A stretch of DNA of 64,000 bases from the IMG/VR virus record IMGVR_UViG_3300028792_000004, positions 3,385 to 67,384 of that record; one strand, given 5' to 3'. This document shows positions 63,519 to 64,000 of the stretch, in pieces. Within the stretch, counting starts at the first letter, position 1; every line of letters begins with the position of its first letter. The position numbers and the translations under genes were made by a program. This stretch comes from a virus. The notes under the pieces were generated by a model, which made no database searches, was not told the DNA's origin, and was given only the letters and a program-made list of their open reading frames with translations.

Positions 63519-63982
63519 CGTGCGGACACCGCAGCGTCGGTGGTGCGGTACTCGCCCTGGGACTTGTCGATGAAGCGCCGACTCAGCTCGATCACTGCGT
63601 CGTGCCAGTCGCTCACCACGGTGACCCCCTCGCGCAGCCGGTGGAAGACGTTCTCCGGCTCTCCCACGACCAGGACTGGGAGGCCCAGGGACAGGGCGTA
63701 GCCGGTCTCCACGTGCCGGCCACCGCCCCCGCGGTGGCCGGTGGCGCCTTCGGTGAAGAGCACCAGCATGTCCGATTGGGAGATGTCGTAGAGGTCGTCC
63801 ATCGCGTGCTTGTCGACCTGCTCGGCGGGCAGGTCGGTGGCGGCGCCGGTGGTGCCGTCGTTGATCTCGTGCTTCTCCTCGAGCCAGGTCGAGGTGACGG
63901 TGAACCCGATCCGGGTCAGCTCGTCGGCGCAATCCCTGATGTGGTCGCGGGACTCGTAGGCAGATGCCAGGTAGATCCTCAT
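63515..63982 (-). CDS. nucleoside 2-deoxyribosyltransferase (NDT)-like protein
   Basis: IYLAS...DL.DI..SD.LV......GG.HVE.GYA..LG.PV.VVG. Confidence 0.75.
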   Translation of the reverse strand: MRIYLASAYESRDHIRDCADELTRIGFTVTSTWLEEKHEINDGTTGAATDLPAEQVDKHAMDDLYDISQSDMLVLFTEGATGHRGGGGRHVETGYALSLGLPVLVVGEPENVFHRLREGVTVVSDWHDAVIELSRRFIDKSQGEYRTTDAAVSAR

Positions 63983-64000
63983 GCGCGGTCTCCTTCGTTG

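Overview
A 64-kb slice of a high-GC tailed phage genome with siphovirus-type morphogenesis genes. The host is probably actinobacterial (WhiB, actinophage-type endolysin, holin and small terminase). No host genes, integrase, tRNA or CRISPR array are visible. Layout: leftward DnaB-like helicase and small genes (1-3362); divergent control region; rightward small accessory genes (3951-9537); fibre genes (9659-13183); lysis cassette (13238-15062); TerL; portal; an unusually long head module (16616-34086); neck, tail, tape measure and tail tip (34083-51241); then a leftward arm with sigma-A-type promoters, DUF932, an HTH protein, a second virion-like mini-operon headed by a TerS-like gene, WhiB, RuvC, a T5orf172-like protein and an NDT-like protein. 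The most striking system is the head module. (1) A 1172-aa head protein is predicted to be fused to a SpoVK/CbbX/EccA-type AAA+ ATPase by a -1 frameshift at C CCA AAA (23910-23916), which has an upstream SD-like element and a downstream stem-loop. (2) About nine head-region proteins look like polyproteins of basic glycine-zipper or Arg-rich modules separated by a recurrent hydrophobic-x-Lys motif, the likely prohead-protease site. (3) The prohead protease appears split between an XkdF-type gene and the N-terminal strand of the scaffold gene. All family assignments come from motif recognition by eye; no database search was run.
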